DNA from: Cyanobacteria bacterium SIG32
GTDB taxonomy: Bacteria; Cyanobacteriota; Vampirovibrionia; Gastranaerophilales; Gastranaerophilaceae
DNA length: 64,000 bases
Assembly: GCA_015152455.1 (NCBI GenBank)
Contig: SUTY01000001.1
Span: 5,807 to 69,806 of the forward strand
Direction: 5' to 3'
Under the pieces are notes generated by a model. The model searched no databases, had not been told where the DNA came from, and was given only the letters and a program-made list of their open reading frames with translations. A program made the position numbers and the translations under genes. Below, one piece after another: positions 47,795-56,504 of the stretch. Every line of letters starts with the position of its first letter. Position 1 is the stretch's first letter.

Positions 47795-47947
47795 TTAATC
47801 ATCCGTACAATTTTCATCTATAAGTTCAAAACTATCGTGTCCGGCAAAGCAAACAGGGCACTGCCAATCCTGAGCCAAGTCATCAAAAAGAGTCCCTTCT
47901 TTTGACTCATCATAAATCCAATTACATACTAAACATCTAAAACGCAT
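47795..47947 (-). CDS. rubredoxin (50 aa; below the ORF-track size cutoff)
   Basis: Own translation: MRFRCLVCNWIYDESKEGTLFDDLAQDWQCPVCFAGHDSFELIDENCTDD. It has CxxC...CPxC motifs and RBS AAAGGAGAA. Confidence 0.85.
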   Translation of the reverse strand: MRFRCLVCNWIYDESKEGTLFDDLAQDWQCPVCFAGHDSFELIDENCTDD

Positions 47948-47981
47948 GATTTTTCTCCTTTCGTGTTATAATATTTGTATT

Positions 47982-48404
47982 ATGAAACATACATTTGAAC
48001 AAAAAGTTTTTTATGCAGATACAGATGCTTATAGTGTTGTCTGGCATGGTTCTTATCTTCGCTGGATGGAAATGGGTAGAGTTATGTGGTGCGAAGAACA
48101 AGGTTATAGCCTGAATGCTCTAAAAGCTCAGGATATAGTCTTGCCTGTTACTAATATCAATATCAAATACAAAGCATCTGCAATGCTTGAAGATGTTGTT
48201 ATTATCGAAACTTGGATTGAAAAATACAACCCTCTATCGGTTACTTTCCATCAGGTAATAAAATCTAAAGATACAGGCAGGATTTTTACAGAAGCCTCTG
48301 TTGATGTAGTTGCACTTCATGAAGATGGAAAACTCTACAGAAGAATGCCTGAAATTTTAACAAAAACATTTGAAAGGGCTACTAAATGTCCTCAACTCGT
48401 TTAA
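47982..48404 (+). CDS. acyl-CoA thioesterase (4HBT / YbgC-like hotdog fold)
   Basis: Start trimmed to MKHTFEQKVFYADTDAYSVVWHGSYLRWME, the characteristic 4HBT N-terminus. Confidence 0.75.
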   Translation: MKHTFEQKVFYADTDAYSVVWHGSYLRWMEMGRVMWCEEQGYSLNALKAQDIVLPVTNINIKYKASAMLEDVVIIETWIEKYNPLSVTFHQVIKSKDTGRIFTEASVDVVALHEDGKLYRRMPEILTKTFERATKCPQLV

Positions 48405-49120
48405 ACAAATATATTGCATCTTCTGGCTTGTGTTCCAGACGTAAAGCTGACGAACTCATTGAACAAGGCGTTGTTTCTGTAAATGGTAAAAAAGTTACAG
48501 AATTGGGCTTTTTAGTAGGCGAAAAAGATAAAGTTTTTGTTAATCAAAAACTTATAAGACCTGTTCGTCATGAATATTACAAATTCTACAAACCAGCTGG
48601 TTATATAACAACTTGTGATGATGAAAAAGGGCGTAAAACAATCTACGATTTATTGCCAGAAAGTATGTATAACTTAAAACCAGTCGGAAGATTGGATAAA
48701 GATTCAACTGGACTCTTGTTATTAACTAATGACGGCGATTTAATTAATGAATTAACGCATCCGTCTGTTAAAGTTCCTAAGGTTTATATAGTTTCTGTTG
48801 ATGCAAGAATGCATCCGCACGAATTTGAACAAATGGCAAAAGGTATTGAAATTGAACCAGGTAAAATTGCTTATGCAGATGTTACTTTATTAGAGGCCGA
48901 TAATAAGCACACAATGATGCAAATAGTTTTATATCAAGGCATGAATCGTCAAATTCGTAAGATGATTGAATATTTTGGATATGAAGTTAAATCATTGAAA
49001 CGTATTCAGCACGCGACAATTCAAATAGACGGACTTCGCAGAGGTGAATTTAAACCAATTAAACCTCAGCAAATCAAAGAATTAAGAAACTTTTTAAATA
49101 GGATTTCTAAAAATGCGTAA
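48386..49120 (+). CDS. pseudouridine synthase, RsuA/RluB family (S4 domain + catalytic domain)
   Basis: RLNKYIASSGLCSRRKADELI S4 motif; GRLDKDSTGLLLLTNDG catalytic Asp motif. Confidence 0.85.
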   Translation: MSSTRLNKYIASSGLCSRRKADELIEQGVVSVNGKKVTELGFLVGEKDKVFVNQKLIRPVRHEYYKFYKPAGYITTCDDEKGRKTIYDLLPESMYNLKPVGRLDKDSTGLLLLTNDGDLINELTHPSVKVPKVYIVSVDARMHPHEFEQMAKGIEIEPGKIAYADVTLLEADNKHTMMQIVLYQGMNRQIRKMIEYFGYEVKSLKRIQHATIQIDGLRRGEFKPIKPQQIKELRNFLNRISKNA

Positions 49121-49679
49121 GATCGCAATTACAGGTAATATAGCATCAGGTAAATCTGAAGTCCAAAAGATATTGATCTCTCTTGGTTACAAAGTTTTGG
49201 ACACAGATGTTGTGGGGCATGAATTGCTACATAACAATACAGAAATTAAAAACGCATTTATAGAATATGATATTTTAGAATATGATGATATTTCAAGAGA
49301 AAAACTAGGTAAAATAGTTTTTAATGATAAAAAATTATTAGATAAATTAAACTCAATTATTCATCCGCAAATAAAAAACAAAATAGAGGAATTTTTCCTT
49401 GAAAACAAATTTGAAGAAAAAGTTTTCGTTGCAATTCCTTTATTATTTGAAGCAAATATGCAGGATATGTTTGATGAAATTGTATTTGTATATGCAAATG
49501 ATGAGTTGAGATTAAAACGTTTGATGAAGCGGAATGGTTTTGATGAAGATTATGCAAAACAGAGATTAAACTCACAAATGTCGCAAAATGAAAAAATGAA
49601 AAAATCACAAATCATTATTAGAAATGAAGGCGGGTTGGAAGAATTAAAACAAAGTGTTATTAGAACTTTATGCGGCTAA
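49113..49679 (+). CDS. coaE: dephospho-CoA kinase
   Basis: IAITGNIASGKS P-loop, IHPQI motif; 188 aa. Confidence 0.85.
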   Translation: MRKIAITGNIASGKSEVQKILISLGYKVLDTDVVGHELLHNNTEIKNAFIEYDILEYDDISREKLGKIVFNDKKLLDKLNSIIHPQIKNKIEEFFLENKFEEKVFVAIPLLFEANMQDMFDEIVFVYANDELRLKRLMKRNGFDEDYAKQRLNSQMSQNEKMKKSQIIIRNEGGLEELKQSVIRTLCG

Positions 49680-50639
49680 CCATTCGTTCATTCTTACAAA
49701 GCCGTCTAATTTTTCAGTGTTCATGCTCCTTCTAATTCTTTTCACTTGGTTACTTGTATTACCTTCGATAACATAGAAAGTGCCGTCATTGTTTACGCTT
49801 TCAACAATCCCAACGTGTCCTGAGCCGTCAGAATATTTCAAAATCATTAAATCTCCTGCTTGAGGTTTGTATCCTGAAGATGCTTTTGAATAAACACCAG
49901 CCTGTTGAGCCTGAGCTCTTATTTCCTGAGAAGATGAGCTATAACCAAAAGTTGCATTGTTTTGTGAATTTTGTCCTCTACCGTAACACCAGGAAACAAA
50001 GGATGCGCACCAAGGTGCTCCGTTTTCAACTCCATTTCTGTATTCATTAATTTGTGAAGAATTATTAGAAGATCCGTTTTCTTTTACGCCTATTTGAGAT
50101 CTTGCAACGCTAATTGCATTTGTTACAGCAGAATTACCTGATAAGTTGGTTCTTCTTGTTGAACTGCCAGTTGTTGTAGATGAAGTTTGTCTTAAACTGC
50201 TTGTTTGAGAAGATGTATTTGTTCTTGTTGTTTCAGTATTTGAACTCGTTGTTTCTGTATTGGAACTTGTTGTTCGTGTAGTGCCTGTAGTCGATTTTGG
50301 TAGTGTTAAAAATCCAAAAATATTTTCATCACTATATCTGTTGCCAACAAAACTTGGTAATAAAGGAGAAAAGAAATGTGGCATTGTAAACTGAGGTGTG
50401 AAACTTAATAATCCCATATAATTTGTGTTAAATGGATTATTTAATTGAGGTATATATGAAAAATTTGTAGGCGGAGTAAATCCAAATACATTGGCATTTA
50501 AAACATCATACCTTGGAACTCCTAATGCAAATATTGAAGACGCTAAAGATGAAAAAGTTGGTGATAGCGCACTTATTCCACCATTATAAAATGATGGATA
50601 TTGTGGCATATAACAATTGTTTAAACCCCAAACAGTCAA
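49668..50639 (-). CDS. CHAP-domain peptidoglycan amidase/peptidase with an aromatic/Pro/Asn-rich N-region and a Thr/Ser-rich linker; no signal peptide seen
   Basis: C-terminal WCASFVSWCY (Cys) and GHVGIVESV (His) CHAP motifs. TTG start after AAGGGG. Linker TTRTTSSNTETTSSNTETTRTNTSS. Confidence 0.75.
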   Translation of the reverse strand: MTVWGLNNCYMPQYPSFYNGGISALSPTFSSLASSIFALGVPRYDVLNANVFGFTPPTNFSYIPQLNNPFNTNYMGLLSFTPQFTMPHFFSPLLPSFVGNRYSDENIFGFLTLPKSTTGTTRTTSSNTETTSSNTETTRTNTSSQTSSLRQTSSTTTGSSTRRTNLSGNSAVTNAISVARSQIGVKENGSSNNSSQINEYRNGVENGAPWCASFVSWCYGRGQNSQNNATFGYSSSSQEIRAQAQQAGVYSKASSGYKPQAGDLMILKYSDGSGHVGIVESVNNDGTFYVIEGNTSNQVKRIRRSMNTEKLDGFVRMNEWLAA

Positions 50640-50716
50640 AATCGTCCCCTTAAATTTTTCCTCTTATATATATAAAGAGTTTTTTCAAAAGGGAATTGCT
50701 TAATTGTAACAGATTG

Positions 50717-51052
50717 TTAAAACATTATAATTGATGCTTCAGCTTTACCAGAATCTATGTCGTCAAAAGGTTTGTGTTCATCTTCAGTAATTTCATAATC
50801 ATTTTCTGTAAGATCAAAAGTTTTAATTAACAAATCTTTTACGTTGCAATTTGTGTCAAAAAGATAGAATTTGTTTACGTTTTTCATATATAAGCCAAAT
50901 TCCTTATCACTTTTTAACAGTTTTAAAAAATGTGCTTTTAAGATAGCTTTGTTAGAACCGTCAAATGAAAAATCTTCCATAGCAGAATGTTCTTTGATGG
51001 TTTCAAGTAACTTGTAAGGTTCAATCCATTTTCTGATAATTAAATTTAGCAT
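50717..51052 (-). CDS. small acidic hypothetical protein (111 aa)
   Basis: Its ATG overlaps the ABC exporter stop by 7 nt. Acidic C-terminal half (TENDYEITEDEHKPFDDIDSG). No recognised domain. Confidence 0.5.
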   Translation of the reverse strand: MLNLIIRKWIEPYKLLETIKEHSAMEDFSFDGSNKAILKAHFLKLLKSDKEFGLYMKNVNKFYLFDTNCNVKDLLIKTFDLTENDYEITEDEHKPFDDIDSGKAEASIIMF

Positions 51053-52875
51053 ATTTCCTCTTGTTTTTTAAATTGCATTTCATATAAATGTCTATATTTG
51101 CCGTTATTAATTTGCATAAGCTCGTCGTGTGTACCAAGTTCAGCCAATTCACCTTCATTAATAACCGCAATTCTATGCGCATTTTTAATAGTTGTTAGTC
51201 TGTGAGCGATAACAAATACTGTTTTATTTGCTATTAAGTTGTCCAAAGCCTTTTGTACGATTGCTTCTGATTTATTATCAAGAGCTGAAGTTGCCTCATC
51301 TAGTATAACAATAGGAGCATCTTTTAACATAGCTCTCGCAATTGCAACACGTTGTCTTTGACCGCCAGAGAGAGTTGTTCCTCTTTCACCGACAAAAGTA
51401 TCTAAACCATCATCAAGTGTAGCTATGAACTCATCTAAGTGCGCCATCTTAACAACTCTATCCAAATCAGCTTGAGTTGCATTTTTGTTACCCATCATAA
51501 TATTATCTCGAATTGTTCCAGAGAATAAATAGTTATCTTGGAATACAAAAGCGATATTGCTTCTTAATGAGTTCAAATCAAAGTTTCTTATATCAACACC
51601 ATCAAATTCTATAGAACCACTTTTAACGTCGTAAAATCTAGGGATAAGGTTTACAATTGTACTCTTACCACCGCCAGAATTCCCAACAAGGGCAATTGTT
51701 TCGTTTTTCTGAACTTTCAAGTTTATATTTTTCAACACAGGAACATCAGGTTCATATTCAAATGAAATATTATTGAAATGTATTTCTTTATCAAAACCTT
51801 TCAACTGAATTGGATTTTCTTTGTTTCTAATGTGAGGAACAAGATCAAATAATTCAAATACACGTCCCATTGCTACGAATGTCGATTGTAAACTTGTTAG
51901 AGTATTACCAAGTGTTTTGACTGGTTTGTAAAGAAGTAATAATGATGTTACAAAAGACATCATGCTACCTGCAGTCAACTGTCCAGTTAAAATCAGGTGA
52001 GTACCATACCAGAACACAAGAGCAATACCGACAGAACAGATTGAATACATAATTGGTGACATCCAACCTACACGTTTACAAAGTGTCATTGTTAGGTTAA
52101 ATTGATCTTTAATTTGTTTTTTAAATTTGTTGTTTTGGTCTTGTTGAAGACTATACGCTGTCATAATTTTATTGCCAGCAAATGTTTCGTTGAAGTTTGT
52201 TGTCATGTTCCCGCCAACAACCATTGAAGCATTAGAAACCGCTTTAATTTTCTTTCTGATAAAAGTAACAGGCGTAATTGCAAGTCCCATAACGGTAACA
52301 CCCACAATTGCAAGTTGCCAAGAGTTATACAACAATACGGCTACTAATCCGACAATCCCAAATATTGTTGAAATAAAGCTATTTAGAGTTGAAATAATTG
52401 TCTTGGTTGCAGCATCCGGATCTGATAAAAATCTTGTTAGTACCAGACCTGATGAGTTAACATCATAAAATTGTGGATCTAATGTCGTTAATTTTTCAAA
52501 TAGGCTAATTTTTAATAGATTAGAAATTTTGTTGCCTGTCCAAGTTGTTAAATAATAACTGATGTATCTCAAAATCCCTTGGAATATTGCAAATAATACA
52601 ATTGCAACTGGAATTATAGCGGCAAAACTCGACTGAATCTGTAATTCTTGATCCATGAACGTGTAAGTTGAAGTTGGATTTCCGTTAATAACCAAATCCA
52701 TATAAGGCTTGATAGAGAACGCTACAACACCATCTAATAAACCTAAAGGTATGGCTACCAATAAGTTTAAAATAATTCTACCCATAAATGGTTTCACAAA
52801 GGGTGCGATTCTGTTTACAAGATAACCATATCTGAATGCATCTTTAGATACCGTATTGCTTAATTTATATTCCAT
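51046..52875 (-). CDS. ABC transporter, fused permease/ATPase (MsbA / lipid A exporter-like)
   Basis: Six-TM N-domain; GNSGGGKST Walker A, LSGGQRQRVAIARA signature, ILDEATSALD Walker B. ATG at 52875 after GAGGGAG. Confidence 0.85.
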   Translation of the reverse strand: MEYKLSNTVSKDAFRYGYLVNRIAPFVKPFMGRIILNLLVAIPLGLLDGVVAFSIKPYMDLVINGNPTSTYTFMDQELQIQSSFAAIIPVAIVLFAIFQGILRYISYYLTTWTGNKISNLLKISLFEKLTTLDPQFYDVNSSGLVLTRFLSDPDAATKTIISTLNSFISTIFGIVGLVAVLLYNSWQLAIVGVTVMGLAITPVTFIRKKIKAVSNASMVVGGNMTTNFNETFAGNKIMTAYSLQQDQNNKFKKQIKDQFNLTMTLCKRVGWMSPIMYSICSVGIALVFWYGTHLILTGQLTAGSMMSFVTSLLLLYKPVKTLGNTLTSLQSTFVAMGRVFELFDLVPHIRNKENPIQLKGFDKEIHFNNISFEYEPDVPVLKNINLKVQKNETIALVGNSGGGKSTIVNLIPRFYDVKSGSIEFDGVDIRNFDLNSLRSNIAFVFQDNYLFSGTIRDNIMMGNKNATQADLDRVVKMAHLDEFIATLDDGLDTFVGERGTTLSGGQRQRVAIARAMLKDAPIVILDEATSALDNKSEAIVQKALDNLIANKTVFVIAHRLTTIKNAHRIAVINEGELAELGTHDELMQINNGKYRHLYEMQFKKQEEIC

Positions 52876-52966
52876 ATTCTCCCTCAATCAATAAATATAC
52901 CAAACAATTATTACATAAATATACTTAAATTTCAAAATTGTAAAGAGTATCTCTAAAATATTTAAT

Positions 52967-52996
52967 AAAAAAAGAACCTTGGCGAAGGTTCTTTTA
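52967..52996 (-). terminator. intrinsic terminator after tRNA-Leu
   Basis: Minus strand AAAAGAACCTT-CGCC-AAGGTTCTTTTTTT. Confidence 0.7.
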
Positions 52997-53002
52997 TAAA
53001 TT

Positions 53003-53084
53003 TGGGCCCGGAGAGACTCGAACTCTCACACATTGCTGCGCTAGATCCTAAGTCTAGTGCGTCTACCAATTTCGCCACAGGCCC
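53003..53084 (-). tRNA. tRNA-Leu (anticodon TAG), class II long variable arm, CCA not encoded
   Basis: GGGCCTG TG GCG AAATTGGTAGA CGC A CTAGA-CTTAGGA-TCTAG CGCAGCAATGTGT GAGAG-TTCGAGT-CTCTC CGGGCCC A. Confidence 0.85.
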
Positions 53085-53178
53085 AAATATTCAATTGTCA
53101 TGTCTTCGACCTGAGGTGCGTCTACCAACCTCTCGAAAACGATACTCAATCGTTTTCTCGGCAGAGTGCCACAGGCCC
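53085..53178 (-). pseudogene. partial tandem duplicate of the tRNA-Leu 5' region with a 39-nt hairpin insert in the D-loop position; no anticodon/T arm
   Basis: CAATTAAATATTT-GGGCCTGTGGC-[ACTCTGCCGAGAAAACGATTGAGTATCGTTTTCGAGAGG]-TTGGTAGACGCAC, then unrelated sequence. The intact gene has CAATTGAATATTT-GGGCCTGTGGC-GAAA-TTGGTAGACGCAC. Confidence 0.5.
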
Positions 53179-53200
53179 AAATATTTAATTGACTCTTATT

Positions 53201-53229
53201 AATGTATCGTAAGCATATTTTATTGTCAA
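53201..53229 (-). promoter_or_regulatory. possible promoter for the tRNA-Leu transcription unit: TTGACA, 17 nt, TACATT
   Basis: Minus strand TTGACAATAAAATATGCTTACGATACATT. Confidence 0.4.
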
Positions 53230-53233
53230 TAGG

Positions 53234-53270
53234 TTAAAAAAGAGGACTCTAATATTAAAGAGTCCTCTTA
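53234..53270 (-). terminator. intrinsic terminator after the NarL-type regulator
   Basis: 11-bp stem AAGAGGACTCT / AGAGTCCTCTT followed by TTTTT on the minus strand. Confidence 0.75.
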
Positions 53271-53272
53271 AG

Positions 53273-53956
53273 TTATACCATACCCTCTTTAACAGCTTTG
53301 ACTGCAGCTTGTACCCTGTCATTTACACACATTTTTTGTAATATTGAGCAAACATGTGCTTTAGCAGTATGAACACTAACAATAAGTTCTTTCGCAATTT
53401 CTGTATTACTTTTCCCCGTTACCAAGTGTTTTAATACTTCAAATTCTCTCTCTGTTAACGGAATCCGACCTTCGCTTTGAATTTTATTAGGCAAGAATCC
53501 AATATTTTCGACTTTAGGTAATGAATTTAATGCCATTTGTGCAACTACTGGGTCAATCCAGCAAACACCTTGTGCTACATCTCTTACGACGTCTGCAAGT
53601 TTTTGAGGATCAATGTCTTTTAAACAATAAGCATTTGCACCTGAACTTAATGCTGCAATAACTTCTTCTTCTCTGTCATGTGAAGTTAGTGCGATAATTT
53701 TTATATCGTTGGACCATTCTCTGATTTTTAGCATGGCTTCAATACCGTTCATGCCTGGCAAGCCCAAATCCATTAAAACAACATTTGGTTTTGCTCTTTC
53801 AATAATTTTTAAGCCCTCAATTGCATCTTCGGATTCGCCAACCACGTCCATGTCGTCATTTGCATTTAATGCGCAACGTAGTCCAACCCTTGTTAATTTA
53901 AAATCCTCAACTATAACTATTTTGATAGTTTCAGTTTTTGCCTGTGAATTTGTCAT
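53273..53956 (-). CDS. NarL/FixJ-family response regulator (REC + LuxR-type HTH)
   Basis: IVIVEDF, VVLMDLGLPGMNG, LTSH; C-terminal LTEREFEVLKHLVTGKSNTEIAKELIVSVHTAKAHV. ATG at 53956 after GAGAGGTG. Confidence 0.85.
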   Translation of the reverse strand: MTNSQAKTETIKIVIVEDFKLTRVGLRCALNANDDMDVVGESEDAIEGLKIIERAKPNVVLMDLGLPGMNGIEAMLKIREWSNDIKIIALTSHDREEEVIAALSSGANAYCLKDIDPQKLADVVRDVAQGVCWIDPVVAQMALNSLPKVENIGFLPNKIQSEGRIPLTEREFEVLKHLVTGKSNTEIAKELIVSVHTAKAHVCSILQKMCVNDRVQAAVKAVKEGMV

Positions 53957-54069
53957 TGTTAACACCTCTCTTCTCTATAAGTCAATTTAAGAATAGCCGA
54001 GGTTTATAATCTATTACCCAGTTAACTAATATTAAAATTATTCTTGCTAATATAAAAAAAATGATTTCA

Positions 54070-54078
54070 TGCTATAAT
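54070..54078 (+). promoter_or_regulatory. extended -10 element TGCTATAAT upstream of the GH13-like gene
   Basis: Read directly. Confidence 0.4.
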
Positions 54079-54104
54079 TAATACGCTTATAGGGAGAATG
54101 TGTT

Positions 54105-56378
54105 ATGTTTGATTTTTTATTTGGCAAAAAAGAAGAAAATTTTTCTGATATTTTGAATGAAACTTATTCAAAATTGATAGAAAAATATTCTGTTGATAAT
54201 ATAAAAAAAGATCGTAAAAAATATTTGAAAGATCTTGTTGCACAAAATGGATACCTCCCATATCCCTATTTTAAGGCTTTGGATGAATTAACACCAGCTG
54301 AAACTTTATTTGCGTTGCAGGAAAAATGGATTCAAAATGGCGTTTATCAAGGTGGTAAGTTCGTATTTTCAAATAACAAAATAAGTGTTTTAGCTCGTAA
54401 TAATGTTAAAAATTCAGATTGGATTAAAAAAGAAGGTCATAATATTAAGTTAATTAACCTTGCAGGTCTTGGGAATCGTAAAAATGAAGCAGGGAAATTT
54501 ATTGATTGGCTGAAGCAATTGTTAATTCTTCCAACAGGAAATTTAAGTAATCAAATTTTTGATACAACAATATATTTAATACCGTTCCATCCTAGAGAGT
54601 TTGGTTGTGCGTATTTACCTAAGAGTTCAGAGGTTAGTGAAGCTCTTTTAGATAAAGAAATTCAAGAGTTAACAGGATTGGATGCAAAAGGTCAGGTTAA
54701 ATTGTTTATTCAAATGGCACAACTTGCAGGTCACCCTGTTATTTATGATATATTGCCTCAGACTGGTCGTTTTTCAAAAGCAGTTCTTGCAAATCCTCAT
54801 ATTGCAAGATGGTTTGATATCTCATTATTACAAGAAGAATTGAATAAAAAAGTCGAAGAAGTTTCGCATATTATGTCGGATGTTTTTGATGAAGAAGATT
54901 TAGATGTTATTAAAAATATTTATAAGCAATCTGGTGAGGCTGGTGATTTAAGCGAATATTACCAAAATATTTATAATACATTTGATTCTAAAATGTCTGA
55001 ATATAAAAAAGATTTTTCTGAAAAAATGCTAGAAAAAAATTCTCAAATACGAATACAAAAGAAAGTAAGAGAAGTTGTTGCTAAAATAGAAAATGTTAAG
55101 GCAGATAAGAAATTAACAGAAGCTAATATTTCAAAACAATTGGAGATAATTCAAGAATTGATTAAAGAAGGCTTATGGCCTGCGCCTGGTGGAGCTTGGT
55201 GTTCTGCTGGGGTGCCAATTTATGACAAAATGAGTGATTGTGGCGGATATCCAATGTTTAGACATTTTGATTATAAGGGTGAAGATGTGTCATGCTTTGC
55301 AAATTTGGATTGCCAAACTCCATATTATTTTGCATTTTTGGAGAGCGGTAATTTTAACGAACCAGTAATTGAATATTTTATAGATTACATGAAAGATTTG
55401 CAGGCTGACTACAATTTTGATGGATTTCGTGTTGACCATATTGATCACGTAGTTGACCCTGTTTCTGAGTGTAAAGGTACTCCGATAAGCTATAGGGCAC
55501 CTCGTTTGGTTTTAGGAAAGCTAAATCGTGCAATGAAAGCAAAAATTCCTTATTTTGCAACGCTTGCGGAATACATGCTTTGGGATAATTTCTATAAAGA
55601 ATACCACGAGGATATGAATTTTGATATTTTGTGGGGAAATGATATTATTTCGCAGTTTGAAAAAAATCCTGAAAAAATTACAGAAGATAATCAATATTTA
55701 ACAAATTATAATGTTAAATTTAAAAAAGGTAATTATTTGTCTATATTGAAAACTTACAATAACCAGGACGGAGAATTTAGGTGTATTGACCAATATCCAG
55801 GACAACTTGGTGAAGAAGGTGCCCTTTTTAAGTGGTTTAAGTATAAATTTTTACCAGGGGGTAAATTTGCGCAAAGACCAGTCATGTATGTTGACGGTGA
55901 TGAAAGTTTTACTCAAAGAGGTATTGAACATGCCATTGGCGAAGAAGTGTCTATGCCTAGAGAAGAAAACTTTGCGTTCTATGAAAAATTTAATGCAATA
56001 GATTCTTTTGTAAAAAATCAACCTATCATTACAGATGGTGAAGCACAAATTATTGATCAAGATGATGATGGGTTTGTGGCTTGGTTAATTACAAAAGAAC
56101 CTTTAAAAACTGCTTTTTTGGTTGTGGCGAACTATAAGTACCCTATGGAAAAAGTGTCAAAGACTGATGACAACGGCTCTTCTTACCAAGAATGGGTAGA
56201 GGGTTCACCTGTTTATGATAAAGTAGTTCATCTTCCAGTAGATTATACTTTAGTTGGAGAATTTGTATTAAAAGTTAACAAATTTTCAAAAACAATATGT
56301 GAAAATTGTGGGCATGATCTAGAGCTGAAAGAGTTACCAAATGGACATTTCAGGGTGTTCGAGTTAAAAAGAGCATAA
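54105..56378 (+). CDS. alpha-amylase superfamily (GH13-like) protein with a long unassigned N-terminal region
   Basis: NFDGFRVDHIDHV matches GH13 region II (GFRxDxxxH). ATLAEYMLWD is a possible region III Glu. The rest is unassigned; 757 aa. Confidence 0.45.
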   Translation: MFDFLFGKKEENFSDILNETYSKLIEKYSVDNIKKDRKKYLKDLVAQNGYLPYPYFKALDELTPAETLFALQEKWIQNGVYQGGKFVFSNNKISVLARNNVKNSDWIKKEGHNIKLINLAGLGNRKNEAGKFIDWLKQLLILPTGNLSNQIFDTTIYLIPFHPREFGCAYLPKSSEVSEALLDKEIQELTGLDAKGQVKLFIQMAQLAGHPVIYDILPQTGRFSKAVLANPHIARWFDISLLQEELNKKVEEVSHIMSDVFDEEDLDVIKNIYKQSGEAGDLSEYYQNIYNTFDSKMSEYKKDFSEKMLEKNSQIRIQKKVREVVAKIENVKADKKLTEANISKQLEIIQELIKEGLWPAPGGAWCSAGVPIYDKMSDCGGYPMFRHFDYKGEDVSCFANLDCQTPYYFAFLESGNFNEPVIEYFIDYMKDLQADYNFDGFRVDHIDHVVDPVSECKGTPISYRAPRLVLGKLNRAMKAKIPYFATLAEYMLWDNFYKEYHEDMNFDILWGNDIISQFEKNPEKITEDNQYLTNYNVKFKKGNYLSILKTYNNQDGEFRCIDQYPGQLGEEGALFKWFKYKFLPGGKFAQRPVMYVDGDESFTQRGIEHAIGEEVSMPREENFAFYEKFNAIDSFVKNQPIITDGEAQIIDQDDDGFVAWLITKEPLKTAFLVVANYKYPMEKVSKTDDNGSSYQEWVEGSPVYDKVVHLPVDYTLVGEFVLKVNKFSKTICENCGHDLELKELPNGHFRVFELKRA

Positions 56379-56504
56379 AAAGTTTTTAAAAAAATCATCC
56401 AAATGCTTGACACATTTTGAAAAAATTGATACTATAATCTCATTAGTAAAGACAAAAAATTGTTCATAGCTTTATTAGTTAAAAAAAAGAAAGGTGAAAA
56501 GATT

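Noticed and set aside
53116-53178. Group I intron in tRNA-Leu (as in cyanobacterial tRNA-Leu UAA)
   Set aside because: The insert is only 39 nt and sits at the D-loop position of a truncated copy, not in an anticodon loop. The intact tRNA-Leu(TAG) downstream is uninterrupted.
53002-53202. 66-aa track ORF
   Set aside because: It is the complement of tRNA-Leu and of the tRNA-like duplicate, so it is not coding.
56407-56438. Canonical sigma-70 promoter for the second pilin gene (TTGACA ... TATAAT)
   Set aside because: Both hexamers are perfect, but by my count they are 20 nt apart, which is too long for a standard promoter. It is left unannotated; a different -35 or an alternative sigma factor may be used.
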